Source of the DNA: an uncultured Candidatus Saccharibacteria bacterium
GTDB taxonomy: Bacteria > Patescibacteriota > Saccharimonadia > Saccharimonadales > JAGQNJ01
Assembly (NCBI GenBank): GCA_964577565.1
Contig: CAZNZL010000001.1
Span: 78,566 to 142,565, forward strand
DNA length: 64,000 nucleotides
Reading direction: 5' to 3'
The notes beneath the pieces were generated by a model that was not told the DNA's origin, did not search any database, and saw nothing but the letters and a program-made list of their open reading frames with translations. This document shows, piece by piece, positions 37,192 to 45,524 of the stretch (position 1 is the first letter of the stretch; each line of letters starts with the position of its first letter). The position numbers were made by a program, and so were the translations under genes.

Positions 37192-37845
37192 CTATTTATT
37201 GCCCAAATTACTATCAATGACAGGTTTTAATGCCTCAAAAACCTTTTGGTAACCTGCTTGGTTTGGGTGCAAGCCATCACTGTAAAGGTAATTTTTTACC
37301 CAAGTGTCTTTATTAATATCAACGCTTACAAAATCTATGCCCTTGTTCTCACACACTTGCTTAGTAATGTCGTTGAACAAGGCACGCCGTTCATTCGTAA
37401 AATATGAAACCTTGCCATCGCCAAACGGACTTGGCTTGGGACTTGTTTTCGTCTCATCTACAAAACCATTGCTCACGAAAATAACTTTTTCGCTGTACTG
37501 TTGCAATGTTTTAAAAAGGTTTGTAACTTTATCTTTAAAATCATCTGGCGTACAAACAAAATTATCAGGTTCATTTTCAGCCTTTGCGTCATTGCCGCCA
37601 ACTGAAACAATAGTCACTACATCACTACTGCGAGCATACTTGTCAAAAATCCAAGCTGCACTATCTGCTACAAACTCTATTGTTGAGCCTGCTTTTGAAA
37701 AATTGAAAACCTCATACTTTTCGCCAACTCCATTAGCACCATACATTTTTGAGTGCAGATATGCCTTAATAAGGTCACCCCAGCCATCTGTTTCTGCACC
37801 AACACCATAGACGCTACTAGCACCAATAATAAAAAACTGTTTCAT
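37192..37845 (-). CDS. SGNH/GDSL-type hydrolase (paralog of 9473-10117)
   Basis: GASSVYGVG, GGNDA and DGLHPN. It is collinear with the chromosomal copy over its full length. Confidence 0.8.
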   Translation of the reverse strand: MKQFFIIGASSVYGVGAETDGWGDLIKAYLHSKMYGANGVGEKYEVFNFSKAGSTIEFVADSAAWIFDKYARSSDVVTIVSVGGNDAKAENEPDNFVCTPDDFKDKVTNLFKTLQQYSEKVIFVSNGFVDETKTSPKPSPFGDGKVSYFTNERRALFNDITKQVCENKGIDFVSVDINKDTWVKNYLYSDGLHPNQAGYQKVFEALKPVIDSNLGNK

Positions 37846-38336
37846 ATTCCAAGCTCGCTTACAATCTGGTTCATTGCAGGTACATATTTGTCTGGATTTG
37901 TTGCTAACTCTTGTTTCATTTGCTCAGTATCTACCCAAGCAAGCTCATCAACCTCGTTCTCTTGCATAACAAAACTGTCAACATCTCGGTCTAGTGTTAC
38001 AAAATACCACTGGCAAAAGTATGTACGAGGGTGCTTAATTAGTATTTTAGGACCTTTTTTAAACTGCTGTCCTGTTAGCCCAATTTCCTCATCTGCCTCT
38101 TTATAGATGTTTTCATCATAGGTTTCACCCTCATCAATTGTGCCAGCAACGGCAGGTCCCCATTTGCCTGGGTCTTTATCTTTTACAATTGCCCTTTTTG
38201 CAAGTAGTGTTTGACCTTTTGAGTTAGTTAGCCAGAGTGCAGACACACGGTAAATATCGGACTGAAAATCAACCTCTGAACGTTCCTTGTTTGCTACAAA
38301 CTTATCATTTTCATCAACTATTTGTATTTTCATCAT
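37842..38336 (-). CDS. NUDIX hydrolase
   Basis: Nudix box GTIDEGETYDENIYKEADEEIGL. Confidence 0.7.
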   Translation of the reverse strand: MMKIQIVDENDKFVANKERSEVDFQSDIYRVSALWLTNSKGQTLLAKRAIVKDKDPGKWGPAVAGTIDEGETYDENIYKEADEEIGLTGQQFKKGPKILIKHPRTYFCQWYFVTLDRDVDSFVMQENEVDELAWVDTEQMKQELATNPDKYVPAMNQIVSELGI

Positions 38337-39067
38337 TTACCCTTTATCGAATATCCGCCATCAGCAAGGTAGTCAGAACCAGTAATGTAACTTGCATCAT
38401 CAGACGCTAAGAACATAACAAGCGTGGCAATTTCATCTGGTTTAGCAATCCTGCCTAAAATCGTGCCGTTGTTGATACGGTTAAATGTTTCCTCGTTCCA
38501 GTCATTGACTTGGTCGGTTTCAACGTAGCCAGGGGTAACAGTATTAAAGCGAACTGACGGATAGGATTTAGCAAGTGCCTTTGTAAGCGAAATGACACCA
38601 GCTTTGGCAGGTGCATAAGTGAGCGTACTCATAGTGGCTAGATTTGAGTAACCCTTGATTGAGCTAATGTTAATGACGCTACCATTACCTTTTTCTATCA
38701 TTTTAGGCAAAACAGCTTGAACACAGTGGACCGTGCCGAGTACATTTACTTTATATTCCTCAATAGCCTTTTCGTCATCAACTTCTGATATGTCTTTGAT
38801 AAAATTACGAGCAACACCAGCGTTATTAACCAGCACATCAATTGTTCCCACTTCTTTGAGCAGCTCAGATATTGCTGAGTGAGTTGCTTGCTTTTCGGCA
38901 ACGTCAAATACAGTTTTTAGCGACCCATTTAGCTGCTTATGAACTTTGTTTAGCTCGCTACTGTCTGACTTGCCGTGAATTATGACCTTATATCCTTGCT
39001 TATGAGCAAGTGACGCAATTGCTTTGCCTATGCCTCTGCTTGAACCTGTAACTAGAATTGTTTTCAT
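38333..39067 (-). CDS. Short-chain dehydrogenase/reductase (classical SDR)
   Basis: TGSSRGIGKAIA, NNAG and YAPAKAG (YxxxK). Confidence 0.9.
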   Translation of the reverse strand: MKTILVTGSSRGIGKAIASLAHKQGYKVIIHGKSDSSELNKVHKQLNGSLKTVFDVAEKQATHSAISELLKEVGTIDVLVNNAGVARNFIKDISEVDDEKAIEEYKVNVLGTVHCVQAVLPKMIEKGNGSVINISSIKGYSNLATMSTLTYAPAKAGVISLTKALAKSYPSVRFNTVTPGYVETDQVNDWNEETFNRINNGTILGRIAKPDEIATLVMFLASDDASYITGSDYLADGGYSIKGK

Positions 39068-39085
39068 TTCATATCCTATCCTATC

Positions 39086-39811
39086 CTATACAATTGGCGA
39101 GCTTAGACCGCCATCAATTACTAACGTTGTTGCGTTAATACCATTATTTTTAATAATTTGTTCCGTTAAATCAGCTATTTCGTCAGGCTCAATTAACTTA
39201 GTAACCAAGTGTTTTTCGGATACCATTTCAGCTATGTCTTGCTCAGACATATCTTTGTTCCAAGCACTCCTAACCCAACCAGGTGATATGCCAACGACCC
39301 TTATACCCTTTGAGTGCCAACGTTTTGCATAGTTTTCGGTTAGTAGATTGAGTGCGGCTTTTGATGAACCATACATTGTAAACTGCATATCGCCCATATA
39401 TGGCTGCCCATAGGTTGACGATATGTTCACAATCACACCATTGTCATTAACTAGGCTATCAGCGTGTGCCATTAACATACCTGCTGACGTAGTGTTTATT
39501 GCAAAGTTTTTTTGCCACTCGTTCCAGTTAAGCTGTGTTTTCCAATCATCTGCCTCTGCGTAGTAAACAGCTCCGTTTACAACAACGTCGAACTTACCAG
39601 CTTTTAATACTTGTTGCATAAAGCCAGTAAAGCTCGCTTGGTCCGCAAAATCAGCTTGTACAAAAGTTGCTTTCGAATAGTCTCTCTTTAGTTCGGCAGT
39701 AATTTCGTTATCGCTATGGTAGTGTGCTGTTACCTCATAGCCCAGCTTGGTTAGTCTATCTAAAATGGCTTTGTTAACAAGGCTGTTTGCTCCTGTAAGC
39801 AGTGCTTTCAT
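39086..39811 (-). CDS. Short-chain dehydrogenase/reductase family protein
   Basis: LTGANSLVNKAI (degenerate TGxxxGxG) and YGSSKAA (YxxxK). Confidence 0.8.
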   Translation of the reverse strand: MKALLTGANSLVNKAILDRLTKLGYEVTAHYHSDNEITAELKRDYSKATFVQADFADQASFTGFMQQVLKAGKFDVVVNGAVYYAEADDWKTQLNWNEWQKNFAINTTSAGMLMAHADSLVNDNGVIVNISSTYGQPYMGDMQFTMYGSSKAALNLLTENYAKRWHSKGIRVVGISPGWVRSAWNKDMSEQDIAEMVSEKHLVTKLIEPDEIADLTEQIIKNNGINATTLVIDGGLSSPIV

Positions 39812-39993
39812 TACTTTTGCTCCATCAATTTTAGTAAATCGCTTTTTTTGTAACGTCTTAAATTACGTCCGCCAATACGGACAGCTTTGAGCGTGCCGTT
39901 CTTGTCCCAGTTACGCAATGTGTTTGGGTGTACTTGCAGCAACTCGCTTGCTTGTTTCAGTGTTAGTAATTCTGGTAATTCTTTCTGTGACAT
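39811..39993 (-). CDS. Excisionase/MerR-type HTH DNA-binding protein
   Basis: LLTLKQASELLQVHPNTLRNWDKNGTLKAVRIGGRNLRRYKKSDL, the canonical excisionase-family HTH pattern. Confidence 0.75.
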   Translation of the reverse strand: MSQKELPELLTLKQASELLQVHPNTLRNWDKNGTLKAVRIGGRNLRRYKKSDLLKLMEQK

Positions 39994-40029
39994 AAAACCT
40001 CACAATTGATACTATTATGATACAAGAGT

Positions 40030-41313
40030 GTGAACACCTGCGATAGTGCAGTTTTGGAAAATGTGATGAAAAAAGATGACAAGCAGCCCAAGAAACCAAA
40101 CAAAAAGCCGCAATCAAAAGCGGCTAAGCAGCCTGTCAAAAAACCAAAGACCGATGACGTTAAACCAGTCGAGATAACTCTACCTGCAAAACAAACACCG
40201 CCAGAGGCAACGCCAGCACAAGTTTTTCGTGATAGACGTATCGCTAGGCAAAAGAGTTATGACCTAGATTTGGACGCTAAAAAGTATCGTTCTGGGTTGT
40301 CTGTTGATGAGTGGCAAGAGTTACTGAAAAAAGACCCTAGTCTATTAACGCCAAGACAAGCAAAGCAACTTGAACAAGCCAACGAAATGGCTATGGAAAT
40401 AGCAAAGCGTATATCGGCTCAGTATGACTTTTCAGGCATTGCCAAGATGTTTAGTACGCTGGAAACCCTGCCAATGGCTCGTATTGCACAAGACGCTCAA
40501 CGGTTTGCCCTCGCAACCCAAAAACTACAAACCAGCTTTATTGTGCCTGCTCAACAGCTCGTCTCAATACAGCAAAAACTCGCTATTACTACTGGCATAA
40601 TCGGACAATCGTTTATGGCAACTGCTCACGCTGCAAATCTTACTCGCAGTCTGTTTGAAAGCATAAACTCAATGAGCGAAATGATTGTTAAGGCATTTGC
40701 TGTTGACCTAGCCTCAATCAGTACGACATTTGCTAAGTTTACGCCTGTTGAAACAATCAACCTCGATGACATTGAGGTAATTGACCGTGACGGCAATGTA
40801 ACCGTTGTTAGCGACACAAGCCGCACAAAACGCATAGATGATGACTACCAGCTTATAGAAACGGCTAGGCTAGATTTGTTGTTTACCGAGCTAAAAGCCA
40901 CACGCAGCGAGCTTAGCGAGGTAAAACGGCTCGTTACAGGCAAGCTGGAAAGTGGTATTACAAAAATTGCATATGCAGATATTAAGTTTTTGATTGAAAG
41001 CTCAAAGCTGCTTATCAAAGGCTATCCAGTGTTCGTACAACGCAGCTCAAAGCAAGCCAAGTTTTGTAACTTTTTCTTTAACTCAATAGAAAACTTTACA
41101 AAAAAGTGGGACGTTACACATCTGATGGAACTGGTATTTACAATGCATATTGGAACTGATGGCAGTGAGGACAACTTTAATGCGATTATCAAAGGCTATG
41201 TTGAGGCGTTGAATATCAAGATTGCAGCAGCTACAAAGGGTCAAGTAACTGACTTTTTCGTACTTTTGAACTACGAGGTTTATATAAACCCAAAATACTT
41301 ATCTAATCTGTAA
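40030..41313 (+). CDS. Hypothetical protein with Lys/Pro-rich N terminus
   Basis: 427-aa ORF, divergent from the excisionase-like gene. No motif recognised. Confidence 0.55.
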   Translation: MNTCDSAVLENVMKKDDKQPKKPNKKPQSKAAKQPVKKPKTDDVKPVEITLPAKQTPPEATPAQVFRDRRIARQKSYDLDLDAKKYRSGLSVDEWQELLKKDPSLLTPRQAKQLEQANEMAMEIAKRISAQYDFSGIAKMFSTLETLPMARIAQDAQRFALATQKLQTSFIVPAQQLVSIQQKLAITTGIIGQSFMATAHAANLTRSLFESINSMSEMIVKAFAVDLASISTTFAKFTPVETINLDDIEVIDRDGNVTVVSDTSRTKRIDDDYQLIETARLDLLFTELKATRSELSEVKRLVTGKLESGITKIAYADIKFLIESSKLLIKGYPVFVQRSSKQAKFCNFFFNSIENFTKKWDVTHLMELVFTMHIGTDGSEDNFNAIIKGYVEALNIKIAAATKGQVTDFFVLLNYEVYINPKYLSNL

Positions 41314-41372
41314 AATCACAATTATCCACAAGTTTAAACTCGGCTAAATGCTGAGTTTGTCGTAATGGCTGT

Positions 41373-41561
41373 ATGCAGCAGCAAGACAGCCAACAACCTA
41401 ACGCCATCAGCTTGCAAGAGTTTCTTGCCGAGCTAGGTCGAGATGACGTAGCCACTGCCAACCTAGTTGGCTATTTTGACGTGCTGATAGAAATGGACCT
41501 TGAACTAAAAGAGCAAGAAAGGATTGATGATGAACGAGGAAACAAAACAACGGATAGCTGA
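41373..41561 (+). CDS. Hypothetical small acidic protein
   Basis: 62-aa ORF in the co-directional element gene string. Confidence 0.35.
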   Translation: MQQQDSQQPNAISLQEFLAELGRDDVATANLVGYFDVLIEMDLELKEQERIDDERGNKTTDS

Positions 41562-41832
41562 TAGCGTTTTGGCTTGGTGTAACGACTGCCGTCTTTATGC
41601 CGCCCAAGTGGTTATATGGAACGCTGAACTAAGCGAGGTTGAACATTTGATAAAGATTGCTGAGGGTTACTTACCTGCCGATATTACAGGAGATGAAACC
41701 TCAAACAAGATTAAGTCTTTGTTGAGCCAGTTGGACCACAAGCAAATGCGTGCAATACGAGCATACATAAGTTTAACACTTGAAGGTCCGTGTAAAACGG
41801 AACAGTGCCAAAAGGATTGCAATGACAATTAG
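41524..41832 (+). CDS. Hypothetical small protein
   Basis: 102-aa ORF whose stop overlaps the next start. Confidence 0.4.
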   Translation: MMMNEETKQRIADSVLAWCNDCRLYAAQVVIWNAELSEVEHLIKIAEGYLPADITGDETSNKIKSLLSQLDHKQMRAIRAYISLTLEGPCKTEQCQKDCNDN

Positions 41833-42169
41833 CGAGGTAAACATAGTGCCGATTAAGCCAAATAGTGGTCTTGTAGCATTTGCCAGCGTGGTAATTGATG
41901 GCAGTCTCTATATTGGCTCAATTGGCATACATAGTCGCTTAGACGGCACGTATCGTATTACCTATCCGACCAAGAAAATCGGTAAAAAAGAGTTGAACCT
42001 GTACCACCCAATTAACAGGGTTGTTGGCAACCTGATTGAGCAAGCCGTTTTAGCTGAGTGCAAGCGGCTTTTTAAAGGACGTGATGACGATGATAGACAC
42101 AATAAAGCTGGTAATCAAAATGGACAAACCATTGCACGCAAGAGCCAACTTCCAGCCAACGCTGGATAG
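41822..42169 (+). CDS. SpoVG-like protein
   Basis: Start taken at MTISEVNIVPIK. The pattern V..IKPNSGLVAFASVVIDGSLYIGSIGIH....G.YRITYPTKK......LYHPIN resembles SpoVG. Confidence 0.55.
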   Translation: MTISEVNIVPIKPNSGLVAFASVVIDGSLYIGSIGIHSRLDGTYRITYPTKKIGKKELNLYHPINRVVGNLIEQAVLAECKRLFKGRDDDDRHNKAGNQNGQTIARKSQLPANAG

Positions 42170-43211
42170 CATTAACCCAGACTACTTTGGTTATTTTAAG
42201 GCTGTGTCAAATCCGTCAGCCGCATATAAGAAACTCGGCAAGTATCAGCCACGACTAACATACACACAACGACCAAGAGGCTATAAACGTGCCAGTTACG
42301 AGCTTGCAATTGAGCTTAGCCTACCGAAAATTACTTTTGGCAATAACTTTGACGAACTAACCAACGCTGACTACTCGCTTGTCATTAGCCAATTGCAGCT
42401 GACGTTGAGAGAAATGGGCGTTTGGCTATTCACTAAGCAAATTGAGCAAGCTGAGGTACGAGCGTTGCATTACAGTAAAAACTTTGTGTTCAACGATTAC
42501 ACCTCTTGTTCTGCTGTGCTACAAATGCTCAGAGCAGCTGATATTAGCAAAACCTACGATGTACAAAATACCGACTTTCGTAATGGCGGCTATGTACTGC
42601 ACGTTCACACTAATTCGCTTGATATTGCGATTTACGACAAATTAGCCGACTTACGACAGTCAAAGGTTAGTGAAAAACGCACACAGGAAAAAGATAACTT
42701 TGTGCAGCTTGATTTGCTAGACCAATTGGCTCGCACACAGCCAGTGGCAGTTATGCGTTACGAGGTACGACTAAACGGCAAAAAGAAAATAACAGACGCA
42801 TTAAATGCAGTTGGGTTTGACGAGCCACTGACTTTTAAAAACGTGTTTTCTGCTGAGTTAGCAAAGGCATTGCTGCAACACCATTGGCAAAACTTTTTCA
42901 GCAACCTGCCTAAGCTGGCACTAGATAGTAATGACCCTCACAAGATATTGGCTAACATTTTGCAGACTGATGAGCTAAAAGGTCCGCAACAGGCAGCGGC
43001 ACGGCTTGGTATGGCTCTATTGCTTACAAAAGCTGACCAACGCCACGTTAGAGCATTGTTTGAGGACCGTTTTGGTAAACACGCTTGGTCACGATTAAAG
43101 CCGCTGACAAAGCCAACACAAAAAGTTCAATACAAAACGATAGTAGGCATTAACCAAATGCTTGAACAATTTGAGCCGACAGTAATGGACCAAATAAAAG
43201 GCTCATTATAA
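42081..43211 (+). CDS. Putative phage/plasmid replication-initiation-like protein
   Basis: The N-terminal MIDTIKLVI... pattern and the ~370-aa size resemble gene II/X-type or Rep_trans initiators. Assignment is tentative. Confidence 0.35.
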   Translation: MMTMIDTIKLVIKMDKPLHARANFQPTLDSINPDYFGYFKAVSNPSAAYKKLGKYQPRLTYTQRPRGYKRASYELAIELSLPKITFGNNFDELTNADYSLVISQLQLTLREMGVWLFTKQIEQAEVRALHYSKNFVFNDYTSCSAVLQMLRAADISKTYDVQNTDFRNGGYVLHVHTNSLDIAIYDKLADLRQSKVSEKRTQEKDNFVQLDLLDQLARTQPVAVMRYEVRLNGKKKITDALNAVGFDEPLTFKNVFSAELAKALLQHHWQNFFSNLPKLALDSNDPHKILANILQTDELKGPQQAAARLGMALLLTKADQRHVRALFEDRFGKHAWSRLKPLTKPTQKVQYKTIVGINQMLEQFEPTVMDQIKGSL

Positions 43212-43262
43212 TTGTCACTAATTGTTATATAATGGTATATAGTAACAGAGAAAGGATAATCT

Positions 43263-44735
43263 ATGAAAACTAAGGCATTTTTAATAGCAAGGGTATCAGA
43301 CCCTGAACAACGGCAGGCACTACCTGCACAGGTTTTACGGCTTGAAAAATACGCAAAAGATAAAGGCTACGACTACGAACTATTTGAGTTTGATGAAAGT
43401 GCATATAAAGATAACCGCAAAACTTTCAGCAAGATTGTTGAAAGCATACGCAACTACCCTGAAAACTGCATTGTGGTCTTTGATAAGATTGACCGCTATA
43501 CAAGGGATAGTTCGGCTGATGAGGTTAAGACACTGAACAAGCTGCGTGAGGACGGCAAGATTGAAATACACTTTCCGTCTGATAACTTGGCTGTTCATAA
43601 AAACTCGCCAGCACCTGACTTGTTCCGTCTAGGTATTGGCGTTGCACTTGCTCGCTACTACTCTGACAGCATTAGAGATAATGTTAAACGCCGCTTTGAG
43701 CAAAAGCTGAACGATGGCGAGTGGCCTGGTAAAGCACCGATTGGCTATGTAAATCACAGGATTAGCGACAAAGAAACAACGGTGCTACTTGATCAAGAGC
43801 GAGCTGGCTATATCAAAAAGGCATTTGAGCTGAGACTAATCGGTACACCATATAGAGGCATTGCCGCCCAACTCAAAAAAGAGGGTTTGCGAAACAATAC
43901 AGCCAAGCGTACACCAATTGGGCAAGGCTATATTGAGCAGATACTAAAAAATCCGTTCTACTATGGCGTTATGCGGTACAACGGCAAGCTGTACCCTCAC
44001 AAGTACGAGCCACTTATCAGCCGCAAGATGTTTGATAAGGTCCAAGCCGTAAATGAACAGCGAGGCACTAATCGCACCAAGAAACAAGCAATTGACTACA
44101 CCTTTAACGGCTTACTGAAATGTGGCAGTTGCGGTTGCAGTATTTCGTCTTATACAGCCAAAGGTAACGTCTATATGCAATGCAGCAAAGGCAAAGGTCC
44201 GTGCAAACAGCCACACATCAAAGAAAAGGACCTTGTGCCGCAGGTTGCTGCTATGGTTGGTCAGCTTGAAATGAACGAGGATATTGTTAACTACGTTATT
44301 GATGAACTACGCAAGCACCACGATAACCAACAGCTGTATTATGCAAATGCCATTGAGCAGACACGCACCGAGTACGACACAATACAGAAAAAGCTGCGTG
44401 TTTTGTATGACGATAGGCTCGATGGGCGTATTACTCTCACTGACTATGACGAATATGTAAAGGACCTAAAAGCTCGACAAGAGCAATTAGACGAACAGCT
44501 AGTTAGCTTGACGCATAACGATAAGAGTTTTATGCTAACCAGTTCGTATCTGTTAGAGATAGCTACAAAAGCCCCTCAATTGTTTCAAAGTTCGAAAGCG
44601 GCTCTAAAATCTAAGTTATTAAGGTTTTTACTTTCGAACTTGGTAATTCACGATAAAAAGCTCGTTTTCAATCTAAAAGCACCCTTTGATGTAATCGCCG
44701 AGTGCTCTCAAACTCAATCTTGGCTCCGGGGATAG
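43263..44735 (+). CDS. Large serine recombinase (integrase)
   Basis: N-terminal resolvase-type catalytic region (FLIARVSDPEQ), a recombinase domain, a Cys-rich zinc ribbon (CGSCGCSISSY...CSKGKGPCKQPH), and a coiled-coil tail. The last 5 codons and the TAG stop lie inside the tRNA-Asn 3' end. Confidence 0.9.
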   Translation: MKTKAFLIARVSDPEQRQALPAQVLRLEKYAKDKGYDYELFEFDESAYKDNRKTFSKIVESIRNYPENCIVVFDKIDRYTRDSSADEVKTLNKLREDGKIEIHFPSDNLAVHKNSPAPDLFRLGIGVALARYYSDSIRDNVKRRFEQKLNDGEWPGKAPIGYVNHRISDKETTVLLDQERAGYIKKAFELRLIGTPYRGIAAQLKKEGLRNNTAKRTPIGQGYIEQILKNPFYYGVMRYNGKLYPHKYEPLISRKMFDKVQAVNEQRGTNRTKKQAIDYTFNGLLKCGSCGCSISSYTAKGNVYMQCSKGKGPCKQPHIKEKDLVPQVAAMVGQLEMNEDIVNYVIDELRKHHDNQQLYYANAIEQTRTEYDTIQKKLRVLYDDRLDGRITLTDYDEYVKDLKARQEQLDEQLVSLTHNDKSFMLTSSYLLEIATKAPQLFQSSKAALKSKLLRFLLSNLVIHDKKLVFNLKAPFDVIAECSQTQSWLRG

Positions 44736-44738
44736 GAT
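44719..44738. repeat. attR-like 20-bp direct repeat
   Basis: CTTGGCTCCGGGGATAGGAT is identical to 35648-35667 and overlaps the CCA, acceptor and T arm of tRNA-Asn. Confidence 0.75.
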
Positions 44739-45052
44739 TCGAACCTACGACCTAGTGGTTACACATTACCCATTATTTTCATAATGGCATGGACTATCTC
44801 ATCATCCGGCTATTGCCGGATGCTGGGCGCTAGTGAAGGATTATTGTTGGGCTCACCTTCTAGTCTCTGAACCTTCCGAAGGGCATGACCCCACCTTCGG
44901 CTTGGCTGCGGATTACCATGTCCGCCTTCTGGCGGATTTAGGCTTCCCGCAATTCACCCAGTTTTCACTGTTTTGTTGCCAAAACAGGCTGCACTTTATT
45001 GAGTAACTCAATGTGACTACAGCCACCCGCTCTACCGCTGAGCTACCCCGGA
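44721..45052 (-). tRNA. tRNA-Asn(GUU) interrupted by a group I intron
   Basis: Exon 1 (45052-45019) is TCCGGGGTAGCTCAGCGGTAGAGCGGGTGGCTGT. Exon 2 (44761-44721) is TAACCACTAGGTCGTAGGTTCGAATCCTATCCCCGGAGCCA. Joined, they give the loop CU-GUU-AA, a 5-nt variable loop and discriminator G. The UCC...GGA-G-CCA ends match my recollection of E. coli tRNA-Asn. Confidence 0.8.
44762..45018 (-). ncRNA. Group I intron (IC3-like), 257 nt, in the anticodon loop
   Basis: The 5' exon ends in U, and the P1 guide GCAGCC (44987-44992, reverse complement) pairs with GGCUGU with a terminal U-G. The intron ends in G. Core blocks AGCCAAGCCGAAGG, GGAAGGUUCAGAGACUAGAAGG and AGAUAGUCC resemble the tRNA-Leu and Azoarcus-type introns. 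Confidence 0.75.
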
Positions 45053-45294
45053 ATAAATTGTGATATGTACTCTCGACCCTTGTGCGACTTGAGTTGTTTT
45101 TCTCTCTCGATCGCTTCAGAGCGAGTGGCAAATGATTCTTTATAAATCATCTCCCATCTACCCTGAAATCGTGCAGTATAACTTTTTGATTTATGTTTAT
45201 TATTGTGCGCAATAAGTCGCGCGTCAATATTCTGGGTCTGGCCAATGTATACTTTCTTTACCGTGGGGTTGTATATTACATATACAAAAAACAT
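45043..45294 (-). CDS. GIY-YIG nuclease family small protein
   Basis: FVYVIYN...KVYIGQTQNIDARLIAHN...AIEREKQLK. The stop codon overlaps the first 10 nt of tRNA-Asn. Confidence 0.8.
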   Translation of the reverse strand: MFFVYVIYNPTVKKVYIGQTQNIDARLIAHNNKHKSKSYTARFQGRWEMIYKESFATRSEAIEREKQLKSHKGREYISQFIPG

Positions 45295-45304
45295 ATCTGA
45301 ATTA

Positions 45305-45348
45305 TAAAACAGCCACCCTCCGGCAACTGCCGGATGAGCTACCCCGGA
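45305..45348 (-). pseudogene. Degenerate duplicate of the tRNA-Asn 5' half
   Basis: Reverse complement is TCCGGGGTAGCTCA-TCCGGCAGTTGCCGGA-GGGTGGCTGT. It equals exon 1, with the D-loop segment replaced by a 16-nt palindrome. Confidence 0.6.
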
Positions 45349-45385
45349 TTATTAATTGTGCATATTCAGGCTATCTCAAAAATAT

Positions 45386-45401
45386 GAGCTACCCCGGAAT
45401 A
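45386..45401 (-). repeat. Third copy of the tRNA-Asn 5'-end boundary (16 nt)
   Basis: GAGCTACCCCGGAATA is identical to 45040-45055. Confidence 0.5.
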
Positions 45402-45524
45402 CGAATGATTATTATATACAATTACCCTGTTTTCCACAATCCGTTTTATCTTAAAAAAGTTTATGTTTACATTATAAAAAATGCTAAAATAAGTATATTA
45501 TTAAACTGTAGACGTACAGGTAGA

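Larger units (their letters stand above)
35648..44738. mobile_element. ~9.1-kb integrative element at tRNA-Asn (large serine recombinase, excisionase-like HTH, XRE regulator, Rep-like and SpoVG-like genes, SDR/NUDIX/SGNH cargo)
   Basis: It is bounded by identical 20-bp direct repeats. The recombinase gene abuts and reads into the tRNA. Gene content is typical of small integrative or mobilisable elements. Confidence 0.65.

Noticed and set aside
45019-45052. Alternative anticodon readings for the split tRNA: Tyr(GUA) or Thr(UGU).
   Set aside because: The Tyr reading needs a 5' exon ending in A and a long variable arm, which is absent. The Thr reading conflicts with the P1 pairing and with discriminator G. 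Only the CUGU|UAA junction satisfies the U-G and omega-G rules, and it gives an Asn-like tRNA.
45384-45524. Upstream start (45384) given by the ORF track for the giant protein.
   Set aside because: The first 47 codons run through the tRNA-fragment repeat and an AT-rich promoter-like region and encode an implausible Ile/Tyr/Asn-rich peptide. The Met at 45525 begins a typical basic N terminus followed by a TM helix.
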